From positions 18,228,001 through 18,292,000 of the forward strand of contig NC_043012.1 of NCBI RefSeq assembly GCF_006345805.1: a stretch of 64,000 bases of DNA. Reading direction: 5' to 3'. How positions within the stretch are numbered: position 1 is the stretch's first letter; each line of letters begins with the position of its first letter. The stretch is from Octopus sinensis. Taxonomy: Eukaryota. Under the pieces are notes generated by a model, which ran no database searches, was not told where the DNA came from, and saw nothing but the letters and a program-made list of their open reading frames with translations. Both the position numbers and the translations under genes were made by a program. This document shows positions 39,986 through 53,487 of this stretch, in pieces.

Positions 39986-40081
39986 GTATATATGCATACA
40001 AACGTACACACACATATATCTATCTATCTATCTATCATCCTATCTATCTATCTATCTATTTATCTATCTATAATACATATT

Positions 40082-40120
<39 letters not shown>

Positions 40121-40802
40121 TAATAATATATATATATATACATACATACATACATTACATAACATACATACATACATACATACATGCATTACACATACAT
40201 TCATGCGTATAGAGGAACGTATGGAATAAAACAGAATAAGAGCTGAACGAATTCGACAAATAGATTGGGTACAGTTATGGGAAAAACTTGAATAAAAAAT
40301 AAAACCAGGGATATAAATAAAACATTAGAGTTAATAGAAAAAAAGTTATAATATATAGTGAATAAAGTGGAAAATAGGGAGGGAGAAACTACTTACAATA
40401 AGATGTATTTTATTGTATAATGTAATGCTTGAAACCGGAAAGTCATTGTATATTGTATACATTTATAACTTTATAATTTATATATGAGACTTGTAGTTGT
40501 TTGGTAAGTGATATTATCTGAATCTGTGTGTTGAAACAGAAACAATACCGCCGGAGTAGATTCATCGTATCCATTTCAGAAGCACATTAACTTTTATATT
40601 CGCTTTTCTTTTCTATCTGAATAGTACAATGTATTATGAAATGCCAAAAGTTTTTGTCAGTCTTCTACGATTTGGTCAGCCACACACTTCTATCGTTGCT
40701 TCGAACGCAAACTATTATCGCTAAAATTATATATACTTTGGCGATTTCCTTACCTTTCAGTTTTCATAAATCTCCTTTCAAATTTCTCTCTCTTATATTT
40801 CA

Positions 40803-41087
40803 CTAGCAGTATCGTCCGGCGTTGCTCGGGTTTGTAAGGGAAATAACTATATAAGCATTTTTAGAGTGTTATAGCCAAAAAATAGCAAAAAAATGCACTA
40901 AAATGGAAAAATAAATGATGATAATTTTTTTTTTAAATCGTAGACTCATCGTAGACGCGCGCTAATACCCAGAAGGGCTCGATATGAATCACGACTATAA
41001 GATACCCGGTTTTGGTTAAACTGTGGGAGTAGTTAGGAATTTAAATCGTAGGAGACAGACACACAACTTCACATGTATATATAAAGA
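40803..41087 (-). mobile_element. Non-autonomous Helitron-like element
   Basis: The minus strand starts TC(TTTATATA) with a GTGTGTCTGTCT tract. It ends with hairpin CCCGAGCAACGCCGGACG about 8 nt before CTAG, followed by T. Confidence 0.7.
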
Positions 41088-41198
41088 GTTTTTACCTTCA
41101 GTTTAAACGTCGCATGATGATATAATTCTCGATATGATATTGGAATATTTAGTCTTTGTTCCTACATTTAGATCCGGAGTTTTTGGTGAACTGTGCTA

Positions 41199-41290
<92 letters not shown>

Positions 41291-42653
41291 AAAATAGAAA
41301 TGTTTTCTGTTAATATTTTCTCTTTAATAATTAAAAGTTTGTGAGTTTATAAGTTTATAAAAATGTTGTGTGCTTTTAACGCCAGTATCGGACGTTAAGT
41401 CAAAGCAAGGTTCCACAGATTAACGTGTTTTTAGGCAATCAGGCGAACTTCTTCCATACTCACATGAGATTTTATGGAGTTCTTGATTTTTGAGATTGAA
41501 ACCTCTTCTGAAGAAGATCGAAATGGCTTCCAGGTGATTGTTTTAGAGGTGGAGATAATCTAAAAGACTCTCTAATGCATCTGATTTTTCTTTATATAAT
41601 ATATCATATTTATCTTTATTCAAATGCATTCTATAAGCTGCACTAGTCATTTCTAATGACCGTTTTCAATTCCCGCGCGCGCACACGAAGACACAAGTTC
41701 TCTCAGGAGACTCGCTCCTCTTTTTCAGCACCGCAATCACATCGAAATAATCTGTTCACATTATTATTCTCATTTAGTCTCTCTATAATGTTAAATTGTT
41801 CCCAAATCCGATTTTTGCCGTGTTGTGCATAAATAGATATTAACATACAGACTTTCGAAGGATTTATTTGTTTTGTAGTAAAACGGTTTAAGTGCAGTCT
41901 TATTAAGTCTAAATTCACAAAACTCTTGCTAAATGCCTGGAAACATGTAGCGATTCGGCCCTGGGTAGAATTGAGTATGAGGACTAATCTTAGTGAAAGA
42001 TTGTTGCTAATTGAAAGGGAGGAGACGCTGCTGAAATGATACGATGGAGATGAACAGTGGCAAAGCCAGATAATAGAAATTATTTTTAAAAATCCGTAAT
42101 TGAACCAAGTATTGTGGATATTCTGGTAAATAAACTATTAACTTGACACCAGCAATATGAAAAGTTTAGCAGACCGCTTTCATGTGAAATCTGAAATATT
42201 TGTATAACGTTTTCTAAGTGGTTACTTCTAATTAAATTATTTAAAATCATACAAATTGAATAATATATAAGACCTCCCTTTACAAATTATCGAAATAAAA
42301 TGTATTAATATAACAGAGCAGAATAAAATTAGAGATTTACTAAAGATATTACTTCGAATTTTGTGACAATGTATATTCCAAAGATAAGCTCAATTTCCGA
42401 AGTATTATTTAAGATATTCTGCATACTCCTCTAAAATTAATAAGATTTCATCCGCTTACAATATATTCTAATCCCTAGTAAAGCTTTTCCTCGACTTTAA
42501 CAAGAATAATACGATTTGTTACAGTAACTCTGTCATTTCCTAGCTTCCTAGTCGCTCAATCCTTTATGGAAACTAAGCGTTATTTTTGCCTTATATACAT
42601 ACATACCAGCATACGAATGTTTGTATGTGTGTGTATATGAGTGCGAAAGCACA

Positions 42654-42744
<91 letters not shown>

Positions 42745-43339
42745 ATATGTATGTATGTATAATGTGAATATATATAAATTTATATTAATAAGGATAAGAT
42801 CGTGATTTAAAATACCGATCATATCAAGTGGCCAGGATGGGAATAAATACGATATATGTAATATGTATTATTAAAATTACACTTATGGGTATCTAAAAGA
42901 TACCTCCATGCTAGAGAGAGTAGTCAAAACTTGACTCTAAAACCACATCAAGTATTCATGCATGGCACGATCATACTGCATTACTTCTGGCTATCATTAT
43001 TGATTTTTTGACTTTAATCACCTTACATTTAAATATATATATATATATATATTATATATATAAATAAACCATAGCTGCACCACATCGTGAAATATATTTG
43101 TCACGTAAATGTGATGCAAATTGGATGTTAATGCAGCTTGCAGCCCAGGAAGACACATCCTCCATCTGGCTATTGACACACTTTCTTTGCCTTATGAGTA
43201 TTTGCAAAGCGAAGTCATCCATCCCATCTTCAGCCTGACGTGCTGCACACGGACCTGGCTTTGTTGGTATTGATACGTCATGAACGTGTGACAGTCACCG
43301 GTTGTCGATGTGGAGTGCTTTCCCAATGCAAATATATAC

Positions 43340-43379
<40 letters not shown>

Positions 43380-43394
43380 TATATATATATAATA

Positions 43395-43900
43395 TATAAG
43401 GTTAATCCAAACGGGAAAACAGAAAAAACAACACGTGGAACAATTAAAGTATTATTATTAGGCGCTCAGGAAAAATGGAAGAAGGAGGGTATGACGTTTC
43501 GAGCGGAGCTCTTCGTCGGAAACATAAGAGAAGGAAGAAAGAAAGATCCCGATGTGGGCGAACGGAGGGAGAAAAAAAAAACGCGACTGGTTTTTACGAA
43601 GTAAACATGCTGAAAGGCCGGAAGTTTTGGATAACAGGGGCTGGTTTTTAAAGACAAAAGAGCGGAGAAAGGAAGGTTGGTAACAACTCGATGAATAGGA
43701 AGAATAATGTGTATGTATGTGTGAGTGTGTACGTGTGCGTGTGTGTATGTGTGTGTGAGGCGAGATAAAAAAATATATGTATATGTTAGTGCGTGCGTCT
43801 GTATGTAAGTGTGTGTACGTAGGGCGAAAGGTAGTTGACATAGAAGTCTCAAGTGAGTGGTCAGTGGTAAAAGGAGGAAGGAGGGAATGCGTGGGGGCGT
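43395..43900 (-). mobile_element. Penelope-like element 3' remnant with a hammerhead-like motif at 43489-43525
   Basis: Minus strand has weak GIY-YIG-C-terminal-like peptides (FTTDHSLETSM; RSFVFKNQPLLSKT), followed by TGTTT-CCGACGA-A-GAGCtccGCTC-GAAAC-GTC-ATAC. Confidence 0.5.
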
Positions 43901-44167
43901 ATGTAACGTGCCAGTGTGTGTGTTGAGTGGTAGTGTGTGTGTGTCCAGTGTGCGTAGTTGTATGTATGGCAAGTAAATTTGAAGTGTGTGTAAGTGTAAT
44001 GTATATGCAAATGTATGTGAGTGCGTGGGAGTGGGTGTATGTATGTGTGTGCGTGTGTGTACAAAAGGGGGGGTATTAAGGAAACAAACTGCAACTGAGG
44101 GAAAGATGGAAAAGTTCTCCCGCGGTGGCAGGCGTAGGAGAAACCCAAGAAAGACGCCGGCCCCAGA

Positions 44168-44636
44168 TACGTTATATAATTAGGATTCAGTAAAATAATT
44201 TACTTTACCACACACCGAACTTTTCGGCTGTCAAAAAATTTTAGCTATTTCCTCTACTATAAGAAAAGTCTCCCGGACAATGTATACTCAAAAATAATTC
44301 ACGCAGGTATAGAGGGAAAAATAACGAAAGATCACACGTGCATCGATTACTTGAGAACGCCGTTTCTGGATTAGTTGGATATAGAGATCAACATTTCCGT
44401 CATTTCCGTCATCAGCCCCAGATTTCTTTAGGTTTGAATTTGAGAGCACTAAAAATCGAACATACCCGTCTGATATGAGTAATCCCAGACAAACCATCTT
44501 CGACCGGCAGTACTAACGATTTCAAAAAGTACGAATGATGCTTTGTATCATCCCTCGTCCACCCACGACTGCAATTTCTAAACGTTCGATGTGTGGTAAA
44601 GTAAATTATTTTACTGAACCCTAATTATATAACGTA
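44168..44636. mobile_element. MITE with 53-bp TIRs
   Basis: 44168-44220 and 44584-44636 are inverted repeats with 2 mismatches. The outermost TA is consistent with a Tc1/mariner-type TSD. The interior is non-coding. Confidence 0.85.
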
Positions 44637-44736
44637 ATGTTTTTAATATACCGTAAATGGTCTTTTTACATACTGAACACTACTTGGTAAAATTATTAAT
44701 CAATAATTAATTGATTTTACCCTTTTTATTATTGAC

Positions 44737-44782
<46 letters not shown>

Positions 44783-44814
44783 TTTATTTTAAGCAGCAGA
44801 AAATTCAACAAAAT

Positions 44815-44852
44815 CTGTTACTCTGAGTTTCTCGTTGCCGTTCATCAGACAG
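44815..44852 (-). ncRNA. Minimal type-I hammerhead ribozyme (mirror copy)
   Basis: Exact reverse complement of 44872-44909. Confidence 0.85.
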
Positions 44853-44871
44853 TAGTTTTTGCTAGCAAAAA

Positions 44872-44909
44872 CTGTCTGATGAACGGCAACGAGAAACTCA
44901 GAGTAACAG
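44872..44909 (+). ncRNA. Minimal type-I hammerhead ribozyme
   Basis: CTGT-CTGATGA-aCGgcaaCGa-GAAA-CTCaGAG-TA-ACAG. Canonical core, 4-bp stem I, palindromic stem III and a GUA cleavage triplet. Confidence 0.85.
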
Positions 44910-45021
44910 ATTTTGTTGAATTTTCTGCTGCTTAAAATAAAGCTTATTACTCTTACCACTGGTATTTGAGTACTCTTTTTTCCACCTTGTTTCACATTTA
45001 TGTCTTTACTCCAGTATATAT

Positions 45022-45078
<57 letters not shown>

Positions 45079-45127
45079 AATATGAAAAAGAATGGAGTCG
45101 AACGAAGATTTTAACAAAATTCCTTTA

Positions 45128-45210
45128 CTCCCGACACATGTTTCGAAGACGGCTTTCTTTTAATTCCGAAGGAATAAATGGTGCATTATGCCATCTTCTC
45201 ATCAGGAAAG
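45128..45210 (-). ncRNA. Type-I hammerhead ribozyme with extended stem II
   Basis: Minus strand CTTTC-CTGATGA-GAAGATGGC..loop..GCCGTCTTC-GAAAC-ATGT-GTC-GGGAG. 9-bp stem II, palindromic ACATGT and a GUC triplet. Confidence 0.8.
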
Positions 45211-46317
45211 ATAAGGAACCTCTTTCAGCCACAAGACGAACACAAATTTTGTTTTCTGACGTGAATTTACTACCCAGGTATCGGTTAACCTAATTTTCCA
45301 TGCTAGGATAATCCATTCACTTACTTAAATATATATATATATGTATATATATATGTATATATGTATATATATATATATTTGTATATATCTGTGTGTGTGT
45401 GCCTGTGTGTTTGTCACCCCTCCATTGCTTGACAACCTATGCTGGTGTGGTTATGTTCCTGTAAACCTAGCCGTATGGCAAATAACGACGAGAAAATAAA
45501 TACGAGACTTTCAAAAATGTGTATAGGAGTCGATTTATTCGACCGAATATACTTCAAGGTGGTGTTCGAGCATGGCCGCAATCTGGTGACTGAAACAAGT
45601 AAAGGAGATACACACATACATACATAGATACATACACACACAAAAATAGTATCTATAGATTTTTCTAAGCCCCACGTTCCGTTCCAGGAATATAAACACA
45701 CACGTTAAGTGAGATACACGTAAGAACACACATACACATAAGAACACACGCACGAGCACACAAGCACACATACCCGCGCAATCGCGCTCGCACGAACCCA
45801 TGCATATATATTCCCAAATTTCGTCTGCTACAGATACATTTCTGTGTTATTTAGCACTATACCCCTAGACGAGGTCCTTTATCAAGAGAAATACTCTCGT
45901 TTTATGGCGTTCTGCTGTATATCCATGGAAGTAAATTTGGTAAACGGATACTGAATGAAGTCCGTCCTATATATGTCTGTATATATGTATATGTGTTTCT
46001 GTATCTGTGTGTGTGCGTGTGCGCGAGCGTGAGGGTGTATCTTTTTGCTTGTATTTGTCCCCCACCATTGCTTGACTACCGATGGTGGTGGGCTTACGTC
46101 CTCGTAACTTAGCGGTTCGGCAAAATATAGAGTAAGTACCAGGCGCAAAAGGAAAAGTACTGGGATTGATACTTTCCACTAAATGTTCAATGAGGTGCTC
46201 CGGTATGGCCGCACTGAAATGACTGAGACAACTACAAGAATATATATATATATGTGTGTATATATTTATATGTATGTATATTATGTATGTTTGGATATAT
46301 ATATTCTATATATTATA

Positions 46318-46360
<43 letters not shown>

Positions 46361-46428
46361 CATACATATATACATATATATATATAAACACATATATATA
46401 CATATATATACATATATATATATATATA

Positions 46429-46496
<68 letters not shown>

Positions 46497-46553
46497 ATAT
46501 ATAGGAATAAATGAAAGAATGGAGTCGAACGAAGATTTTACAAAATTCCTTTA

Positions 46554-46632
46554 CTCCCGACACATGTTTCGAAGACGGCTTTGTTTTAATCCGAAGAATA
46601 AATGGTGCATTGCCCTCTTCTCATCAGGAAAG
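46554..46632 (-). ncRNA. Duplicate of the 45128-45210 hammerhead
   Basis: Same core. Stem II has one G.G mismatch. Confidence 0.75.
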
Positions 46633-47727
46633 ATAGGAGCCTCTTTCACGCCACAAGACGAACACAAATTTTGTTTTCTGACGTGAATTACTACCAGGTA
46701 TCGGTTAACCTAATTTTCCATGCTAGGATAATCCATTCACTTACTTAAATATATATATATATGTATATATATATGTATATATGTAATATATATATATATT
46801 TGTATATATCTGTGTGTGTGTGCCTGTGTGTTTGTCACCCCTCCATTGCTTGACAACCTATGCTGGTGTGGTTATGTTCCTGTAAACCTAGCCGTATGGC
46901 AAATAACGACGAGAAAATAAATACGAGACTTTCAAAAATGTGTATAGGAGTCGATTTATTCGACCGAATATACTTCAAGGTGGTGTTCGAGCATGGCCGC
47001 AATCTGGTGACTGAAACAAGTAAAGGAGATACACACATACATAGATAACACACACACCAAAAAAGTCTCTAGATTTTTCTAAGCCCCACGTTCCGTTCCA
47101 GGAATATAAACACACACGTTAAGTGAGATACACGTAAGAACACACATACACATAAAACACACGCACGAGCACACAAGCACACATACCCCGCGCAATCGCG
47201 CTCCGCACGAACCCATGCATATATATTCCCAAATTTCGTCTGCTACAGATACATTTCTGTGTTATTTAGCACTATACCCCCCTAGACGAGGTCCTTTATC
47301 AAGAGAAATACTCTCGTTTTATGGCGTTCTGCTGTATATCCATGGAAGTAAATTTGGTAACGGATACTGAATGAATCCGTCCTATATATGCCTGTATATA
47401 TGTATATGTGGTTCTGTATCTGTGTGTGTGGCGTGTGCGCGAGCGTGAAGGGTGTATCTTTTTGCTTGTATTTGTCCCCCCCATTGCTTGACTACCGATG
47501 GTGGTGGGCTTACGTCCTCGTAACTTAGCGGTTCGGCAAAATAGATTAAGTACCAGGCGCAAAAGGAAAGTACTGGGATTGATACTTTCCACTAAATGTT
47601 CAATGAGGTGCTCCGGTATGGCCGCACTGAAATGACTGAGACAACTACAAGAATTATATATATATGTGTGTATATATTTATATTGTATGTATTTATATGT
47701 ATGTTGGATATATATATTATAATATAT

Positions 47728-47773
<46 letters not shown>

Positions 47774-47837
47774 CATACATATATACACATATATATATAT
47801 ACACATATATATACATATATATACATATATATTATAC

Positions 47838-47907
<70 letters not shown>

Positions 47908-47939
47908 CTATATATGTTCTATATAATATATATATATAC

Positions 47940-47975
<36 letters not shown>

Positions 47976-48407
47976 CGAGAGAAATTTTCGCTAGACCTAA
48001 AGAAGTCTGAAAATCTCTTGTGCTATTTATGGTAATTCAAATGATGTAAACAATATATTAGTTATCGCTGTTTAATTTTACTTACGGCCTGTTCTCTTTT
48101 TATTTTTCCTGAATGGAATACAAAATGTTGTTTTGAATCAAATTATGGCTTTATAATTTTAAGAAGTAAATTACACATATTAGATAATATAATACATACT
48201 GTTGTAACTTGAAATCCACTTGGATATGACGGTCGAATACGTATCCATAGAATCGAACCCCTCCTTTTAACATTCCCACCAGTTATCCACCTTCCCATGC
48301 CTGTCTCTCTGTCTATTTGTCTGTCTATCTGTCTGTCCGTCTGTCTGTCTGTCTGTCTCTATGTATGTATGTATGTATGTATGTATGTTGTATGTATGTA
48401 TGTATGT

Positions 48408-48520
48408 ATTCAGTTTATTTCAAGATTTCTTGCTAAAAGAGAACAAACCAGTTTTTAACCTAGATACATGGTTCCTTCATTGGAATTTCAGCATCAACAA
48501 CAGGATATTTTTTTTGTATG
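48408..48520 (-). mobile_element. Third short 3' end of the (CATA)n-associated RLE LINE
   Basis: Matches 37050-37160, follows (TATG)n at 48361-48407, and ends at TTTGTATGTAT. Confidence 0.85.
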
Positions 48521-48665
48521 TATATAAGTAATAGAATGTGCAAAACTTTCGCCGGACTCAATGATACTTTGTAGTATCGTACACGAGATGGAAGCTCAGA
48601 GATGTATGTGTGTATGTATGTATGTATATATCTATGTATGAACGTATGCATGCACATATAAAGGC

Positions 48666-49030
48666 ATTCTTTTATTCTTCTATTCTTTTACTTGTTTCTG
48701 TCATTTGCCTGTTGTCGAATAAATAGGCCCCCGCTTATTCTTTGTTAAACCTAGTACTAATTCTATCGGTCTCTTGTGCCGATAGAATAAGTTACGGGGA
48801 CGTAAGCACACCAACAACGGTTGTCAAACGATGGTTGTGGAACAGACTCACAAACACATACTAACACACATATATATAAGACGGGCTTCTTTCAGTTTCC
48901 CTCTACCAGATCCACTCACAAGGCTTTGGTTGGCTCGAGGCTATAGTAGAAGAAACTCGTCGAATGTTCCACGTAGTGGGACTGAACCCGGAACAATGTG
49001 GTTGGTAAGCAAGCTATTTACCACACAGCA
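48666..49030 (-). mobile_element. SINE family B, near full length
   Basis: Colinear with 34338-34737. Confidence 0.85.
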
Positions 49031-49574
49031 ATTCTGTATTTTATTAAACTATACACACGCTCCTATATATATGTGTATGTGTATGATTACTTGTATGCTA
49101 ATATTATTTAACCTTATTGGCTGTTTGGTTTTATTTGTTCAACTTGCCATTTGTACTGTGGCTAAAATAATCATTTACTGGTCTCCACACGAGGAGGTGA
49201 ACAACAAAAGAGTAATCGGACATGACTTTTAGTTAAACGGGTTTTGTGCTTGCTACAATCGTCTAACACATTTTGATTAGCTGTGAAACAAGTGAGATCT
49301 TGATTTATTATTCCATTCCTAACACAGTTGGAATTTGCTGCATATTTGGACAATTTTATTGCTAAACCATGGGTTGTATAGTGACGGTCATCTTACTGAA
49401 GCTTACACTTATTCCCACATGGGAAGAATTCTATAACATACAACATTTATTAAACTTTCTTTATTTTTTGTCACCTATACTAGCTGTGTGTATGCTCAAA
49501 GATTACCAACTTTCAGTACTAGCTTCATTCGGATCGAACTACCATTTAATTTAATTATATATATATATTTATAT

Positions 49575-50561
49575 CATGGCTCTTACAGACATGCTATCAG
49601 TTAAAAAGACAGCAGCATTTAGTAGCTATGCTGACGACACAAAAATAGTGCAAACTCTCAAAGACAATACGAATCTACTACAGAATGACCTAAATGCCAT
49701 CTCTAAATGGGCTGAAGACAACAATATGCAAATTAATGCACGCAAATTACAAGCAGCTAATTGGTCCTCAGAAATCCCAACAACAATAGTTTGGACCAAA
49801 ATGAGCGGTACTCCTAGCATCACATATGGTAGTGATCTTGGGATTGATATGATTAACAACGCCTCGTTTCACATGCATATCACCAATATGGTGGCAGTGT
49901 GCAAGGGAATGGTCGGATGGATTCTTAGAACATTTAGAACGAGGGATCAGGAAACTATTCTGATCCTATGCCGTCTGGAGTACTGCTCTCAACCGTGGTT
50001 ACACTGTAGGATTAATAGAAGAGCTACACGATAATAGCGATACTACACGAGGAAGATTGCATCAAAGAAACAATTGAACTACTCGGAGAGGCTGAAATAC
50101 CTAGGACTGTAATCTCTGGAGCAAAGACGGGAGAAGTATGCAGTGGCATACGTGTGGAAGATACTGGAGGGGCTGGCACAAAACTTTGGAGTTAAGAGTT
50201 ATACCAGACCTCGGAGTGGACGTCACTGTACTGTTGCAAAATCGGAGCTGCCTCATCTAAGGCGAGGACCATATACTGCAATAGCTTGCGATTCAAGAGC
50301 CCACATATATTTAACTCATTGCCAAAATATCTGAGAGATCTCCATGGAGTAGGAGTAGATGTTATCAAGAAACAACTTGACCTCTTGCTATCCAAGATCC
50401 CAGATGAACCGATATCAGGGCAGGAAAGTGAAAGCGGGCAGCGGTATCGAATTCCCTCCTTCACCAAAGTCTCATAGAATTAGCCAATTAAAAGGTGATT
50501 ACATTGGCGATGCCCCAGCATGGCTGCATCCTCAGGGATGAAATATATAAAAGAATAAAGG
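49575..50561 (+). mobile_element. 5'-truncated, decayed CR1/L2-type LINE (RT C-terminal half plus 3' UTR)
   Basis: YADDTK, LQNDLNAISKWAEDNNMQIN, DLGI, GWILRTFRTRD, RLEYCSQPW, YVWKILEGL and IFNSLPKYLR..LDLLLSKIPDEP, interrupted by stops and frameshifts. Confidence 0.9.
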
Positions 50562-50574
50562 AATGTATATATAT

Positions 50575-50648
<74 letters not shown>

Positions 50649-53025
50649 GGAGAGCGCGGGAGAGAGGAGAAAGAGAGTGCAAACAAAGCGGAAGATAACT
50701 CAGCTGATACATTGAACGTAGTATTGGCAGACATATTCCTGAAAAAAAATTACAATTAAGCTACAGAAACGTGTGATTGGTTTGTCTGTGTATCTCAATG
50801 CTTGATTCTGACAGACGTAGCAGTTGTTATTTTAATAAATTTTTATGACAGTATATGTAGATATAGTCTGATATCATTAGTGCTAACCTGTAGAGTTTTC
50901 ATGCTGTAGCAGTCTTTCTGACGAAGCTAGTTTTGCTGTTGACTTTTTTTTTCTTTGCTTACTGGAAATTTGTAAGCATTTTGCTTTTGATGTCAATAGC
51001 AAGACTGCATTCATAGACGTTTTAGATTTATCAATGCAAACAGGCAATTCTGTTCTAATAGAAGCTACTGAGGTTATTTGTAGACGATGCGTGCTTAGCA
51101 TGTGATTCTTAAAAGTTCAAAACCGTGTTAACAGTATGTCTGTGTCCGTGTGAATGGAAGAGACAGCGTATGTGACTAACGCCGAACATGAAAAACGTAG
51201 GTGTGACAAGTTGCAAACTGTTACTAACAGCAGTCTTCGTGACAACTAATGTTGTAAACAACGAATATGTCGCCCTCAAATTTGCGAAACGAAATATTTA
51301 CACATAAGATTCTAAAAATACACGATATAATAAATATAAATGTTCAATCTTGCTCATATTTAAATTCTCTGGCGAATCTGCGAGGTAATTATTATTCTTC
51401 ACTGAGGACATTTGATTGCGATTAGGATATTGCAAAAATATTTTAATGCTCATATATTTTCACCTTTTTTCGCAATTCATTATAAAATTATTAATTATTC
51501 TGAATCATTGATAAAAGTAAGTTAAGTGAACAACACTATTTAATTAGTATTAATAATTATTATTAAAAGCTGTTTATGACGTTATCTTGATGCGTTATGC
51601 TAACGATATTTTAAAACAATAGAAAACCAAAATGTGTAGTTTAGGAAAATATTCCTTATTTAAGGCTGTTTGATAACCTCACACAATTTTGAATAAAATT
51701 TATGAAGTTTCATGTTTCTGATGTATACATATTATCTTATTGAAATGAATGCTCTTATGATCCTCACAAGAAAAAAGAAAAGAAAAGCAACGTAGTTATT
51801 CCTAAACCAAATTATTTATCTACGCACGGAGAGGGCCGTCGTCGAGGGCTGTCAGATAATACAAACTGCGCAGATTAGCAGTGCTTTTGACATGTTGCTG
51901 TTACTTCAATGATTTAATATTTTAGTTGGCCTTCTGAAAATTCAGAAAATCGGGGGATTTGTTTTTGAAAAGCAACTTTGAGATCGAAAAGTTAAAAGAA
52001 CAAATGAAACTAGTGATAAAAACCATGATTTATTAAGTTGTAGTGTTTCAGCCTTTTATCTGTTAAACCATTAAGATTAGAATTGGTTTGCAATATACCA
52101 CTAGTTCAGTTTGTATTAGGAAGATGAAATATTCATCTCCAAACTGTAAACGCCTTATCAGAAAAACTAATATATGTTTTGGATTACTATATATAAAATA
52201 CTATTGTAAGAATCGAAACAAAATAATACAAAAGAAATTAAAAAATAATGCTGACAATGGCTCAGGCTTTATTCTTTTCAGGTTATTCGATTATAAACTA
52301 ATGCCATATAATTTTCATGAGGAAATACTGAATCATTGTAATACGTGTAGTTCCAAATACTAGGAATGGCGAAAGTAATCTAATATTGACAACTCAGAAT
52401 TGAAACCTTTTCTACAATGAACTTGCGCATTTCTTTCTCCATCCTTATCTAATTCGCTTTTTCTCTCCTCTCTCTCTCTCTCTCCTGCACCGTTTTCTAT
52501 CCGTCTCTCCCTCTCCCCATCTTTCCCTTTTACTCTCTCTCTCTCCTTTGTTGCTCACACTTGAACATCTTCCATCTTTATTTTCCTCATGCGGCCATCT
52601 TTCTCTGCTAGCACGGACGTTCAAAAGAACAGACGTATTTTTCTCTCTCTCTTCTATCTTTTCTTTTTCCAAAACAACATATTTCTCCCAGCGTTGACTA
52701 TTTCCCCCTCGTTCTGGTCTAACGACCCTCCATGTTTGTTTTCGTTCGGTTTCCTTGTATGTATCCACTGTCATGTTTTTGTTCCCAACTTTGACTTCCA
52801 TAAATCCTCAATTTTATTTCAGAGCAACTTTCTCTGAATACTCATATTGTCGTTGAATGCTCGAAATGAGGAGTAGATAGACGGATGACAACTGATGAAG
52901 GGTTCTTTCTCTGCGTTTATCTGTCCTGTTTTCCATTTTGTTTTTTGTTGTTTATCCACCCTATGTTATTTAAGCCGTTCGGGACATCCTGTACATATAT
53001 GTATATACATACATACATACATACA

Positions 53026-53118
<93 letters not shown>

Positions 53119-53460
53119 GGTACCGTCTAAGGAATAAGAATGTCCGTTATCACTACCGGTATAAATTACCCATGTTCACCCTGGGCATGGTTATGCTAGG
53201 ACACTATGCTCATAGGATACAAGTAATAACAGAACAAACAAAAGTCTATCAGGAATCAAATTTAAAGTAAGCAGAAAATGGTAAATCTTTTGATCATCAT
53301 ACAAATTGACCAGCTCATATCGAGGCCCTGTTGTTTCCTCTTCCCTCTTCCCTTCCTTTAATTTATGTATTTGCATTCACTCTGATGAAGCACGATGTAG
53401 CAGATCAGATTTGCTAAAAAAATGACGAATATTATTCTCATAAATTTCTTTGGAGGCACC

Positions 53461-53487
53461 GACTGACAATGGTAACCGAAACGTTTC
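53461..53487 (+). ncRNA. Highly degenerate hammerhead-like motif
   Basis: GA-CTGACAA-tGGtaaCC-GAAAC-GTT-TC. It has a G8A core change and very short stems. Confidence 0.3.

Larger units (their letters stand above)
44782..45012. mobile_element. Palindromic element (44782-44942) with a hammerhead on each strand plus a 70-bp unique tail, in (TA)n
   Basis: Inverted repeat centred on GCTAGC (44861-44866) with only a 3-nt bulge. Confidence 0.9.
45077..47930. repeat. About 1427-bp tandem duplication (45077-46503, 46504-47930)
   Basis: Both units have the same order: hammerhead element, TA tract, SINE-B 3' half, unique spacer, SINE-B 3' half, TA tract. The copies differ mostly by 1-3-nt indels. Confidence 0.9.

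Noticed and set aside
44400-44420. Minus-strand CTGATGA...GAAAT inside the MITE (similar lone CTGATGA boxes at 52872, 53381, 56941)
   Set aside because: Stems I and III cannot be formed, so these are chance matches.
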